Source: a bacterium
GTDB lineage: Bacteria > SAR324 > NAC60-12
Assembly (NCBI GenBank): GCA_965233585.1
Contig: CBDDTI010000376.1
Span: 1 to 29,849, forward strand
Length of the DNA stretch: 29,849 nucleotides
Direction of reading: 5' to 3'
The position numbers and the translations under genes are program-made. Below the pieces are notes generated by a model. It ran no database searches and was not told the DNA's origin. It was given only the letters and a program-made list of their open reading frames with translations. Positions 1 to 12,600 of this stretch are shown here, piece by piece. Numbering within the stretch: the first letter of the stretch is position 1; each line of letters starts with the position of its first letter.

Positions 1-297
1 GTACAAATCTAAGCAGATCGCCCTTCTTCCCGTGCCAAATTTCTAGTGCAATTTGAAGAGTTTCCCTCCTCTCCCTCGTCCGCTAGCACGGTGAATGTTT
101 TCCCATCACCAACATTAGTAAGTGTATTGCAAGGAACTTGCAAGTGACTACATGAGGACATATCAAGTACTACCAAGTTCTACTAAGTTCTATTAAGTTC
201 TGCTAACTTACTATATCGTTTTACTTTCCAATGAGCATAATCAGCTGGATGCCGGGTGAGTTTTAGGAAAATGCGCTGTAGGCAGGTGTGACGCCAG

Positions 298-412
298 GTG
301 CGTAGTGCGACATCACCGATCCTGCTCTGGGTCCTCGTCGCGGGAGAACTGCGGTGCGATGGAAAATTCGGCATCGGGGTTTCCCGTGGTGGGCCTTTGG
401 CGGGACCCGAAG
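298..412 (+). CDS. Candidate exon of an unidentified upstream gene or domain
   Basis: GC-rich island bounded by cag|G and AAG|gt, with open frame VRSATSPILLWVLVAGELRCDGKFGIGVSRGGPLAGPE. No recognised family. Confidence 0.35.
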
Positions 413-806
413 GTGATTCAGTGATCCTAAAGTGCATAGTTTTCATAGATTTTCAAAGGGGGTCCACTGCTTCCTGTTCAAGTCAATCTCACAACACTAT
501 ACAGTTTCATGGTGAGAACATGCCATGTCAACAACATCCTTCTATCAGCATGGATTTCATGTAAGAGAATTTGGATCAGAGGGTGCAAGGTCCATTTTTC
601 AAGATGCACAATCAGGAACCCCACCTGAGCTTATGCCTCAAGACGAGATGTCCCAGTATGACCAAGGATGATCATTGCTTAACAAATGGCAAATCATTGT
701 TGCAACCATATTCCAGGTGTTTTCGGGGCGCATGTGCCGGATCCCTCACATCAATGGCTGGTTGGAATTTGCCCCTTCCATCATTCTAAGGGCAATTGCA
801 ATTCAG

Positions 807-923
807 GAGGCTATGAAAAGCGGTGTGAATACCTTTCAACAGCAGAAACACTACCGACAAATGACGACGCTTGCGCACCTGGAAAAAGCCCAGACAATGC
901 TGCAGTCCGATCGTTCTGACATG
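807..923 (+). CDS. Candidate exon EAMKSGVNTFQQQKHYRQMTTLAHLEKAQTMLQSDRSDM
   Basis: cag|GAG acceptor, possible GC donor at 924, protein-like helical composition. Confidence 0.35.
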
Positions 924-1667
924 GCGTCAGACCGCTTGCAATGATGGGATGAAATTGAGCAATGGCAATTGGGAGAGCATGGCATAGGTTATTTCTTCTT
1001 ACAGTGTTTACTCAGACAGCCCAACCAACCGAATAGGTGTGGTGACGAAAGGCACTTCGGTGATGTATGCAGTGATGTATGCAAGGATGCATTGGTGTGG
1101 GGTTGTGTGATACAATGTCATTTTATATCATCTGATGCAACAAAACAAATACAGTGTTTCATGCGATTGTTCAGCTAATACATTGTGAATATATTGCTAT
1201 ACAACATGAATTCAAACCGTATGAACTACTGTGGTACATTTAGATCGCCTTCCAATTCCGCAGAGAGAAGGAACTTTTCACCCCTCCTGTCTACTTTGAG
1301 ACATGACAGGGCACTTGAGAAACCTCACGAAACAATGAAAGATCATGAAAGATTATGACAGAAATATGATCATGGTTGCATCATGTTGCATCCAAAAGAT
1401 ATCAAATTCCTTGCTGAAGCGGTTGTGCTGCCAGTTCGGAGATGGGCTGAGTACGTGGGCAGCCCATTGGTGAGTCAATGTAGATCGATCTATGTGCAGT
1501 GAAACAGTCGTGAAAGATTATGACCTTAGCAATAGATTATCAGAAAATGATACGATCTTGATTCTTGATATATCTTGATATTATGAATATGTTTTGATTC
1601 TGCAACTTCTGTGTTTTGCCAAAATCAAGCTTCTCATTTTAAGAAGCACAAGAAACTTGCCATCCAG

Positions 1668-1766
1668 GCAAGGTGTAACCCCCCAGAGGGCATGGGTTAC
1701 ACTAGAGCTGCGTCCCAAGATGCGAGTTTTGCGATCAATGCCGGGCTGAAAGGGGCCTTCAAGAGG
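1668..1766 (+). CDS. Candidate exon ARCNPPEGMGYTRAASQDASFAINAGLKGAFKR
   Basis: cag|G acceptor and GC-rich open frame. The 3' end is approximate. Confidence 0.3.
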
Positions 1767-3266
1767 GATGGGCTGCACAGCCCGTTGCATAGTCACGAGA
1801 GTCATGTCTAGTTCTTTGGGAAATGACCTTGTATCACATCAGCTTTGGGAACCCTTCAACTAAAAGGCTCTCTCTCTCTCCTTGTTCCGCCAAAAGTGCC
1901 ATGCTCCAGATGTGGTAGCTACTGTACACAGCCAAAAATGCAGTGCAGCAAAAGCTAAAGGACAAACACTGGCTAAGGGATTTGCAACGGAAGCAGACCA
2001 ATCCTCTTGGCATCGGTCGGTGGATCACACAGGCAGACCCTGGCTCAACACACCAGTAATTTCGCTGACTTCGGAGTGCACCGCCTATCCACAGCCGCTT
2101 ACTTCGATTCGTATCTTGTATGGCCTCATTTAGACAGCATCATGCTAGACAGGGAATGGAGGGTTCTAGACTTCAACTTTACGAATGTGTAGTTGTCACG
2201 GTTGTGATGGTTGTGGTTACCTTCCGACTTACACTTCACAAGTCCAATGGTTTCGGTCGAGTGTGACGTGCCAGTCTGCCTGTGCATCAACGTTTTGGGA
2301 GATGCACTGGAGTCTTCAGTTGTCTAAAACGTTTTCTCACAGATCCAATGCATTCGCCTTCACAGACTTCACAGCATACCAATCTCAACTCCAGTAGCAC
2401 GGCCTTCAAAGTCCACCAGCGGGTGGATTTTGCAGAGCTCACGGGACTATCCAATGCTCCGATTTAGTGTAGGTTGCCTTGCAAAGTGATGGCACTTCTT
2501 GGGGAGATCAGAAACTTGGAAGGTTTTCTCTGCATGACAACTTATGACACAACTTATGACATTTTGATACATTTTGATCATGCCAACTGGGCCGTTTCAG
2601 ACAAGAACCTTTGGTTCCAGCAGGCCAAGAAATGAAAACATCATCCACTTGGCTGTCGATGAACCAGTGGCACCAAGTGTGGGGATAAATTGAAACCTAC
2701 GATACCATATTTGGTGCCAGGAACATTCATTTTCCAGCTATGCTTACCCATGGGTTCCGGCTGATCGCCATTTGGGGCAGATATTTCATGTCAAATCGAT
2801 GATGATCTGCCAGTTCATTATGAGTTCAGTATGAGTTCATTGGATCTCTCCAGACGCCAAAACCGTGGCAAGTTTCTCAGCGTCTCTGGTGTCGACCCTC
2901 GGTCGCAAGGGTGGGATGCAATGGGTGCTGGGTACACTTCATTCGTTACCACAAAAGGTAGATTCAGGTAGATACTCCATTCCACATGGGTATTTTCTAT
3001 GGATATTTCTATGGGTATTTCTATGGGTATATGGATGATCCAAGACTTCCTAAGGTTGCAGATAACAGTCGTACCTTTGGGTGCTCCCCAAACATGACCC
3101 TCCAATTCAATCGGAGTTACAAATCCTAACGGCCGAGGTTCAAAATGATCCCCAAGAAATTCTATGGTTATCGGTTCCATCGGTTCCATCCCAGAACTCA
3201 CCAAATCTATATGTTGTTCAAAACTGTTGTTGTCTATTTTTCTTGTGGTTTCCCTTGACTGCCCAG

Positions 3267-3340
3267 GATCGCAACAACGCCCGGAAGCTCCAGGCCGGGG
3301 TTCCACTGGACCCCTGGTGCGGAGCCCCAGACGAGTTCCG
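3267..3340 (+). CDS. Candidate exon DRNNARKLQAGVPLDPWCGAPDEF
   Basis: Pyrimidine-rich tract followed by cag|G and a GC-rich island. Frame and 3' end are uncertain. Confidence 0.3.
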
Positions 3341-5188
3341 TGGAGTCCCTTGATGTTTCAGACCGTGACCTCTGCCAGATTTTAGGCAGGCCTCTTGGAA
3401 TCCAATGAACTGGCAGAAATTCAATATCTGGACCTCATTGATGGGGAACAGAAGAAGAGAAGGGTAAGAAAATCTCAAATATGTTTCTGCCCTGGTGCCA
3501 TGAGTCATGTCGGCCAATCTTCATTCCACATTACCTTGAGCATCCCTGTAGATATGGAATCACTTATGAAGGTTGAAGTTTTGGTCCAAGATCAACGCTT
3601 GTGACGCCTTCCTCTCCCCTGAGGCCGCGAGTTCCAACTAATGCAATTTGTGCCGCGTGCACTGTTCGCGCTCGGAGCGAAAGCGACTGGTGAAAACCGT
3701 GCCGTGGCAACGCTAAGACATGAAGACATGACCGGTGTAGAAAACCCATTCCCCAAAAGCGATCGGACCGATAGGATCATGCCCATTCTCGGACGGGTGT
3801 CACAGCTCGAAATCAAGATCACATATTCCGATTTTTGTTGCAGAACTCTATCACTTTGTTAACCACAAAAGCCATATTTTTTTTCGCCTTTTGGAAACAT
3901 TTGGAAACTTGAAACGACATGGATGGCCTGGGGTTATGAAGCTGATGACCTCGAGACAACTTGAGACAACTGCTGTTTATGACAATCTCAGTGTGTCTCC
4001 CTTGACACACCAGTGTTTTACAGATGTTGGTGGGAACGATTTTGGGGTGCTCTGTTTTTGCTGCTCTCCAGCTTCAAATTGGTACTTATGGATGACCATG
4101 TCCAACTGATCCTAATATACCTTTTTATTTGCTCAAGTTAGTGACATGGAGAAATGAAGGCAATAGACGAACTTCTTCGCCGTTCAGATGAAAGATGAAA
4201 ATGACCAGACGTCACATATTGAGCTGCACGGGAAAGTTCCACTTGAAGAATTGAGATGTGTCAACAGATGAGCACAAGTAAGATTCATTTAGTGGCCTTT
4301 CTTCAAATTTGAATTCTAATAGCAGAGCCTGGAAAATTAGAAGCGCTCGCTTCAACTGTCTACTGTGGGTTTTGGCTGGTGCTGAAAATTTCACCCAGTC
4401 TTTTGCCCGTCATGGCGACTCGCAGCCTGACTGGCGCCCGTGGCCGGATTTTGCTGCACCGCTGTGGGGTGAGGCCGAGACATGATCAAACTGCATAGAT
4501 CTGCATCGCCGGTGTAGAAACGAGGATGGCGCTCCCCTTGGTGCTTTCCGTGGATTTGTACAATGAAACACAGTAGAAGCACTGTAGAACTTTGTTGTCC
4601 CAGAAAGATGGAGTCATCACAAGACCATGTGAACCGGTAGATGACAGCTCGCGTTGAAGGCAGCTTGGTGACAGCGTGCAAGGGCCACAGCTGATGGATT
4701 TGCCGGGGAATTGGCAAAAGGCAAAGGACTCGCCTGTCTGAGGGATGTTTTAGGGATTCCGATCCTTTGAGCTTTATATTGTTGAAGAGAACCCTGAAGA
4801 ACCAAGGTCCGATTTTGTAATTAGCGTCTTCATGTCAGCACAATGTGAAACCGAACCCTAACCTTGACTTGAACTATCCATGCGACCAGAAGGAGGGACG
4901 AAACCTGCACGTTGCTACCGAAGGCTACTACCATCCAAGTGGGAAACAGAGGCTGTTAACCAATTAGAAACTGGCTGAAGCTCTTTGTGTTTAGTTCCAT
5001 GGTCACATGCTGCACTTGAAAATCGCCAGGAGTTCTTTACTAAGCCAGCTCTCTCATATGGACAGTACAAACAGCAATGCGTGTGTGGGCCTGAGACGAG
5101 TCTCATATCATAGGACGAAGTTCCACAGTTCGCCATGTTTGCGGTACACTTGAAGACTTGTGGACTAGAGTTGGCCCTACAAAATGAG

Positions 5189-5243
5189 GATTGGAAGCCT
5201 CTGTTTGGAAGATCCAACTTGACCCAGGTCGCTACGAATATTC
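5189..5243 (+). CDS. Candidate exon LEASVWKIQLDPGRYEY
   Basis: ag|G acceptor and possible GC donor. LxPGxYxY resembles a beta-sandwich (CBM48/Ig-like) strand but is too short to assign. Confidence 0.3.
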
Positions 5244-6457
5244 GCTTTCAGCGGCATTTGTGGTGGGTGTGCTCGGTCCCCAGTGGTTTGAAGGTACGGC
5301 TGAAATAGATCTGGCGCAAATGATTGATCATACTGATCCCAGATTGAGTGGTTTGATACCAACATTCGGGGTCCTTTCTGGTTTTGGTCTCCCTATTCTT
5401 GAGTTTTTGGCAAAATATAGGTTTCTCTCACAGCTTCCGCAAGTCTTCTTTCGGACCGGGTCCACACAAGACAACTCGGTAGATTAATGCGCTTAGATCA
5501 CCAAACAAACGCGAGTGTGGATCATTCAAGATTTATGGGTTTTTGGAGCAAGCAGTGACAATTGGTTTGTATGATGCTGTCAACCATCACTTGTGGCTTC
5601 TCACAGTCACCTCAACTGGGAGATTCCTCCAGCTACAGTCAGTATGTCCAGCTTCCAAGGTTCTTTCACTGGCAATGTTCCCACCGCCACTTGGTAAAGC
5701 TTTCCATTGCCAAAGGTAGTTGAGGTGATGTTGTATTTTGATTGATATTCAAGACTGCAATATTATTGGGCTCGCAAGTCTCTTGCCACTACCAACATCC
5801 TTGATGATGTCTTGACACCTTTTGTTTCATGAATGAAATGGGGCCGGAGTTTGACAGCTTTACAGCAGATGAACCTATGACCTCAGCAGTGTGCATGGAC
5901 GAGCTAGAACAGCATCAAGTTTTTGCCACTTACTGTCCAACAGGAATTGGCCGAATCTTCATCGGGGGAGATGCAGTGAACAATTGAACAATTGAACACA
6001 TAATTGAACAACTTTAAACAACTTAAACTTATAGATGTTCAAGTCTCTAAGGAAGTCATCATATTGGATCACCTGGAGTCCTTTGTACTGGCTGTCCTAC
6101 GTCCCTCAGTTGCATCGTGCTGTTCGTGCCTTGAACGCACATCAATAAGATTCAATAAGTGTGAAGACTGGTGTGAACCACTCTGAATGGGAATCAAACG
6201 AATGTCCTTGAGATGTTCTGAGAAGGAAACTAATAACTATCTCCAAATCTATCGGTTTCGGTCTTTGGAATTCCTGTGAAGGCTGCTTCAACCAAGTATA
6301 TAAGCACCTGGCTCATTTGTACCAAAATGTCCCACAACTGCTTTCGGATGCAAGGCTGCTGGTTCTTGCAGGATTGCCTTCGTCAAAGGAAGTTTAGAAG
6401 CCTAAACTCCGTGGCACGGAATTTTTGAAAGATACTAGTAAGAAAAAAGCAACCGCC

Positions 6458-6740
6458 AACAATACATCACCACAACAATACATCACCAGAACAATACATC
6501 ACCAAAACAATATATCACAACAACAATACATCTCCAGAGCAATACATCACCACAATAATACATCACAACAATAATATATCACCAGAATCACCAGAACAAT
6601 ACATCACCACGTCACCACAACAATACATCACCACAACAATACATCACAAAAACAATATATCACAACAACAATACATCACCCCATCACCACATCCTCACAT
6701 CACCACATCACCACATCACATCACATCACCACATCACCAC
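6458..6740. repeat. ~16-17-bp minisatellite (ACAACAATACATCACC) grading into CACAT/CATCAC repeats
   Basis: Directly visible tandem units, almost free of G on the + strand. Confidence 0.9.
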
Positions 6741-6780
6741 AGCGAAGTGGGATTGCTTCGTCCAGTGATGCATGAAAGGG

Positions 6781-7072
6781 TAGGAATCGCACCAAACTCT
6801 ATGTTTTCTCGCACAAAGTGCATCCCAGCAGCGATGTAGGGAACCTTGTCTGTGCGACGGGTGCGGTCTTCGCACGTTTTCTCTCGGATGCATCCTGCAT
6901 TGCAAGGTTGAATTCAGGGGCGCAGATCGCACAGTAGGGGCGGCTTAATAGTTGTGATGATAGTCTTGGTGGACGGAGTTCCATTGTGACTTGCAAGGCA
7001 GTGAGTGCAGATCGCAGTGCAATTGCTTTATTCTGGAAGGGTTAGGAATCGCACCAAACTCTATGTTTTCTC
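6781..7072. repeat. Identical 30-bp direct repeat TAGGAATCGCACCAAACTCTATGTTTTCTC at 6781-6810 and 7043-7072
   Basis: Direct comparison of the two copies. Confidence 0.9.
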
Positions 7073-7454
7073 ATACGACGTGCTGCTCGGCGGCGATGAG
7101 GGGAAGCTTGTTTGGGCGACGGGTGGGGCTTGCGTCCAGGCGCGTCCGGAATGGCTGTGCTTCATGTTCATGGTTGTGGTCTTGGTTGGCGCAGTTTTGT
7201 GGTGATTTGCAAGTCAACATCTGCAAATCGCAGTGGAGTGGCTGCGTCAAGGTTTGCAGCGGCTGTGTGTATAATACTTTGGTCTTTTGCAGCTGAGCGT
7301 CGTAAATCGTATTGGACTGGCTGTATCAAGGTTGCGGCGGTGATTTGTCAGCAGACTCATCTCCATTTTGGCTTTGAAGATTCCTTGTGAAAAGTCTGAA
7401 AAGTGCTTCATTTTTGTTTGCTTTGGCGCCAAGATCCGGTTTTGGAGCTGCAAA

Positions 7455-7765
7455 TTCCTGTGTATAAAAGCTTCTCTGTGTGCAAGGTTCCCTGTCAGTG
7501 TGAAAGCTTCTGTCTGTAAAAAGCTTCTGTGTGTAAAAGTTTCACTGTGTAAAACTTGTCTGTGTAAAAGCTTCTGTGTGCAAAAGCTTTTGTGAGCTTT
7601 TGTGTGTAGAAGCGTTTGTGTGTAAAAGTTTCTCTGTCTGAAAGCTTCTCTGTCTGAAAGCTTCTGTGTCTTAAAAGCTTCTGTGTGTAAAAGCTTCTCT
7701 GCGTAAAAGCTTCTGTGTGCAACAGTTTCTGTGTTTAAAAGTTTCTTTCTGCAAAAGGCTTGTGC
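7455..7765. repeat. ~15-16-bp minisatellite (TAAAAGCTTCTGTGTG)n
   Basis: Tandem degenerate units. They explain the spurious ORFs at 7247-7978. Confidence 0.9.
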
Positions 7766-7785
7766 AAAGACCACAGGGAGACATG

Positions 7786-8232
7786 GAGTACTGGGAAGTA
7801 TTTTGTGCAAGTCTTGTACTGCAAAGTAGTACTGGCCCGGGAAGTACTTTGTGGAAGTCTTGCAGGACAAAGTAGTACTGGGAAGTAAATTCTGTAGGCT
7901 TTGTGGTACAAAGTAGTACTGGGAAGTATTTTGTGCAAGCTTTATAGTAGGAAGTAGTACTGGAGGGTGCTTGCGCAAGCTGTGTAGTTAGTACAAAATA
8001 CTGGGAAGTACTTTGTGCAACCTTTGTAGTACAACACAGTACTGGGAAGTACCCTTGTGCAAGTCCTGTAGTACAAAGTAGTGTTGGGAAGTACTTTACG
8101 ACTTTGCGCAAGTCTTGCAATACGAAGTAGCACTGGGAAGTAAATTGTGCAAGCTTTGGGGTACGAAGTAGTACCGGGAAGTACTTTGCGCAAGCCTTGT
8201 AGCACAAAGGAGTACAGGAAGTACTTTGTGCC
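7786..8232. repeat. ~40-bp minisatellite (TACTGGGAAGTACTTTGTGCAAG..TTGTAGTACAAAGTAG)n
   Basis: GGGAAGTA recurs about every 40 bp, roughly 11 units. Confidence 0.9.
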
Positions 8233-8578
8233 AGTGCAAGCGATGACATCAGAAAAACATTGTCAGGAGAGAAGAGTGTGTCAAGTCTCGGGCTTCAGAG
8301 CTGTCAACAAGAAGGGCCGTCAAGATTCAGAGATGTCAGGACCTGATCAATAGAAAGTGGCATCATCAGAAAAGGATGTCGAGAGAAAGAAATGTCAAGG
8401 GCAGACAAAAAGTTCCCAGAGATCAGGCAGTCAACGGCTTTGACAACCAGGGGGTCAGGCTTCGTTCCTATAGGCTCCCCCTTTTCTTTGTAGGCTTCTC
8501 CCCCTTGCGAAACTTCCGTCACCCGGCTTGGAATCTGAGCAAAGAAACTGGCGCAAGGCTTGACAAGGCGATGCTTTG

Positions 8579-8900
8579 CCGTTAACAGGACCCTAACCTG
8601 CTAAATAGTTACATGGAACCTCGCTTACATGGGCAACTTCTTAGAGTGACTGTGCGCGCGCAAGGAAGTTACTTTGAGGCAATAACAGGTCTGTAATGCC
8701 TTGAATGTCCTGGGCTGACGCGCCCTGCAATGATGCGCTCAACAAGCTGCACGTGCGCTACACTGATGCACTCAACGAGTTTACGATCTTGCCTGAAATG
8801 GCTGGGTGATCTTTAAAAATGCATCGTGATAGGGATAGATCATTGTAACTATTGATATATTTTGATCAACGAGGAATTCCTAAGCGCGAGCCATCAGCTC
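8579..8900 (+). pseudogene. Degenerate 18S (SSU) rRNA gene fragment, 3' part (about V7-V8), dinoflagellate-like
   Basis: Conserved SSU blocks occur in order: CCGTTAAC, TAACCTGCTAAATAGTTAC, AACTTCTTAGAG, TTTGAGGCAATAACAGGTCTGT, GCGCTACACTGATG, CATCGTGAT.GGGATAGAT, TCAACGAGGAATTCCTA and CATCAGCTC. It has many indels and no flanking rDNA. Confidence 0.92.
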
Positions 8901-8997
8901 CCTGAGAGTCATGCCAGGCGAAGCAATGCTTCACAGGTGCAGCTCCACCGCTTTTTCTCGAGAAACAGCACGGAGCACAAGTCGCGGCTCTCCTCAG

Positions 8998-9048
8998 GCC
9001 CAAAGGGCCGATCGATTCCATGAGACGCAAGCCCTGTCCAGTGCCGAA
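8998..9048 (+). CDS. Candidate exon AQRADRFHETQALSSAE
   Basis: ctcctcag|GCC ... GAA|gtgac, 51 nt, phase 0. It could splice in frame to the exon at 9501. Confidence 0.4.
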
Positions 9049-9500
9049 GTGACTTTCTTGTTACCTGCGATAATCACTTCACACATTCTTGAGAAAAGGT
9101 CTCCAGTCTCACAAGGTACCTCAGTCAGACTTAGTCCTTAAGTATGGATCTTGGAAGTGGATTTGGTATTGCTGCCAGAAGTATTTGCACGGCTACAACT
9201 CCAACTGCAAGTATCTCAGCTCCCCGAAACCAAAATGCCCAATTTTGAGATTGTTACCAGTCATCACAGCCAGGCCGGAAACACAGGCACCACCGAGCTG
9301 GAAGGGAGAGGGGGTCTGTGTTAGCCCTTGCACTTGGAATTCATTCATGCTTCATGATAGCTTGGTTAAAAAGCACCGTGTTTGATTCTTGGATTTCTTC
9401 TCGGTACCGAACCCATCCATCTGAAATTCATCCAGCTTTGCTGCAGGTTCCTGCCCATCATTTGAGACGTTTGATTTTTTTTATCCGAGCACAGTGCCAG

Positions 9501-9693
9501 GCTCCGGCACCAAGCGACACCGACGTTTCCACAGTGGCAGTCGCACCGGCGCCGGCTGCCACGACCACAGCCACCTCCGCGGCCTCCGCGGCCTCCGCAT
9601 CTCCGTGCTCCGTGGCTTCATCGGCAAGCGCCATGGTGCTCGCCGCGCCGGCGAAGCCCCGCGTGGTGTTCGTCCTCGGAGGACCTGGTGCAG
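9501..9693 (+). CDS. Kinase exon: Ala/Ser/Thr/Pro-rich stretch followed by MVLAAPAKPRVVFVLGGPGA(G)
   Basis: AG|G acceptor at 9499-9501, GC-rich open frame, GT donor at 9694 (phase 1). Encodes the first half of the P-loop. The coding start could instead be the ATG at 9633. Confidence 0.85.
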
Positions 9694-12600
9694 GTCACTT
9701 GGAGAAAAGGAAGGACCACTTCCAGACCCATCCAGGCCCATGCAGATTCCGACACTGGGAAAAATGACTGAAAATGACAGTTCTACACACGTACCCCCAG
9801 GTTTGCCCCCCACGCACCAGTTGCACTAATTACCTTCTCAAACATGTTCTAGACGGGGAACAATACAACAACTCTATTTGGGTTCACATGAGGTCTAGGG
9901 TTTTGGGTTGACCATGATAATCATCATCGTCCAAATGCTTTTTGAAATTCCAGGCAAACCCCAGGGTCTCTGTTTTGTTGCTCTGCGGGTTGTAGTACTA
10001 GGTTCTGAGGCTCTGAAACTGTTTCGTACCACTTGGACCGAAAGGCTTACATTTCCAAAAATTTATCGTTCCATCGGCACCATCCTTCCTGAACCCAATT
10101 AACAATTAACATCACTAACTGGAACCTAAGATCCCATTAGAGGATCTCATCCCAAATCTGCGAACAGATGTAAAAATGACTTTTAACGATTGTTGTTGAC
10201 AAATAACCCATGTTCAGCTGAGGCAAAGGCACACAATGCCGCTTGGATCGAAGATTGATCGTTTTCGATTCATTCATGGGGAGGACCGATAGGGCAGCTG
10301 AACCATTGATGAAGCCGGAAGAAGAGGAATGACTTTCTGAGCCGCAGGAGCGGAGGAAATTCATGTTTACATACTTCCTACGCATAGTGCCCTTGAAGAG
10401 TTATCAGTTCTTTAGCGGGGTCCTGCCAGCGTTTTATTCCCATGTGCCTAACTGAGTGCTTCGGTAAAGGACATGGATATTAAAGGTTAAGATGGTTGCT
10501 TTTGCTTTCTGGTTGCAAGTTTCAACAGGTCCAAAGATTGATGCGTTTGAATGAGGTTCTTGCCATTGATTGGGAAAAGGGCGTCAAACGGAATCTGCTT
10601 GGGCCGATTTCTGTCTAATAGCTCTACCTCGGTTTGGTGTTCCTTCTTTCAGAAGGATTGGTGGGGGCTTTCATGATACATACCGTACCCATTTCATGTG
10701 ATTGAACTTGCGGGCACCACCTCTAGGAATATAGCAATATAGTGTCTTGGTGCCGATCCAATTGCTGCAAACGAATTCTTGCCAGCAACCAAAGATGCCC
10801 TTCCAGTGAGACTTATGACATGGTATCGATGTGTTGCCCCATGAAGCAAGGCTTCTGCTTTGCTGGCAATCAACAAGTAGGCCTTGTGCTAGGAGATGCG
10901 CAGTGCCAGCAAGGCTTATGAAAGATGAAAAGGAGAAGAAAGTGGAAATTGCCTTTTCTCGTTTTTTCAATTTCCCCAACCTCTATGAACTTTTCCCGTC
11001 AGAATCACGTCCACAGAGGTGCAAAAATTTGTGACGCGTACCCGCAGTGGCAGCACATCTCTGCCGGGGACTGTTTGCGTGCAGAACGGCAAGATCCCAA
11101 TTCCAAGGACCTGACTGGTCCCCAAAGTGGGATAGGAGAGAAATAGAATTCATAGCGAGCTCACATGATTTCACAATGCAACTTGTATGGGTGACAGCTT
11201 TGACATCCACCATGGCTTTGTTTAAAGTGTGCAAACAGGAAAACAGCGAGCAATGGCAGAAAGGTGGGACCTCTTAGGCATGTTCAAGAATTGTGCGATG
11301 CTGACTGCTGAAGGACGGGGAATTGATCAACTCTTATATCAAGGACGAGCTGGGTGCATTCTGAAAGTTTGGTCGAGCAAGATGATACAATAGGGAAATC
11401 CATCCTGCGAACATTGGGCTTTCATAAAGTCCAACCAAGTCTGGAAGATTGATGGTCAGATGCATATTGACTGCGACAGGTATTCATAAAGACGGATATA
11501 CGAATTACTTGATGTGATTGGATAGTAGGGAAGCCTCGAAATATGTGAAGGTACTCAAATGCATATTATATAAGTTCTTTGAAGCGTATTTACACGGATA
11601 GGGTCTCCAAGCTCTGCTTCAAGGATCAGTTCCACGTAGCTACTGGTTGGTGAGTGAGGCTAGAACCCACCTATGAATGTGACAGCCCCGGTTACTTGAT
11701 CAAAGGAAGTTGGGAAGCGATCTTCCGAGTTACGGACAAAGTGAAAAGCGGTGCCTAAGAGAAGTGATGACTTCGGGAAGCGGTGACTTAGGGAGGGGGT
11801 GACCTAGAGAAGAGGTGACTCAGGGAAGTGTGCTTATGGAAGTGGTGACTGAGGAAAGTGGTGACTGAGGAAAGTGGTGACTTAGGGAAGCGGTGACTTA
11901 GGGAGGGGGTGACCTAGAGAAGAGGTGACTCAGGGAAGTGTGCTTATGGAAGTGGTGACTGAGGAAAGTGGTGACTTAGGGAAGCGGTGACTTAGGGAGG
12001 GGGTGACCTAGAGAAGAGGTGACTCAGGGAAGTGTGCTTATGGAAGTGGTGACTGAGGAAAGTGGTGACTGAGGAAAGTGGTGACTTAGGGAAGCGGTGA
12101 CTTAGGGAGGGGGTGACCTAGAGAAGAGGTGACTCAGGGAAGTGTGCTTATGGAAGTGGTGACTGAGGAAAGTGGTGACTTAGGGAAGCGGTGACTTAGG
12201 GAGGGGGTGACCTAGAGAAGAGGTGACTCAGGGAAGTGTGCTTATGGAAGTGGTGACTGAGGAAAGTGGTGGCTGAGGAAAGTGGTGACTTAGGGAAGCG
12301 GTGACTTAGGGAGGGGGTGACCTAGAGAAGAGGTGACTCAGGGAAGTGTGCTTTTGGAAGTGGTGACTGAGGAAAGTGGTGACTTAGGGAAGCGGTGACT
12401 TAGGGAGGGGGTGACCTAGAGAAGAGGTGACTCAGGGAAGTGTGCTTATGGAAGTGGTGACTGAGGAAAGTGGTGACTTAGGGAAGCGGTGACTTAGGGA
12501 GGGGGTGACCTAGAGAAGAGGTGACTCAGGGAAGTGTGCTTATGGAAGTGGTGACTGAGGAAAGTGGTGACTGAGGAAAGTGGTGACTTAGGGAAACGGT

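Larger units (their letters stand above)
6383..8530 (+). mobile_element. Composite repeat element 1 (TCAAAGGAAGTT ... CTATAG ... AACTTCCG termini) carrying several minisatellites
   Basis: The 5' 12-mer is identical to that at 11700, and a similar 3' motif occurs at 13326-13360. It contains internal arrays and no credible ORF. Mobility is inferred. Confidence 0.55.

Noticed and set aside
2818..3306. 162-aa minus-strand ORF
   Set aside because: It spans a 12-bp simple repeat (GGTATTTCTATG) and lies antisense to + strand exon candidates, with no recognisable motif.
7247..8249. 243-aa and 192-aa minus-strand ORFs
   Set aside because: They derive from the 15-16-bp and 40-bp minisatellites and contain no domain motifs.
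8579..8900. Functional rRNA gene
   Set aside because: It is only about 320 bp, has indels and a duplication in conserved helices, and has no ITS or LSU nearby.
9610..9628. Possible relic dinoflagellate spliced leader (CCGTGGCTTCATCGGCAAG) before the ATG; also GCTCAAG at about 4131 and 16419
   Set aside because: The match to CCGTAGCCATTTTGGCTCAAG is too partial to distinguish from chance.
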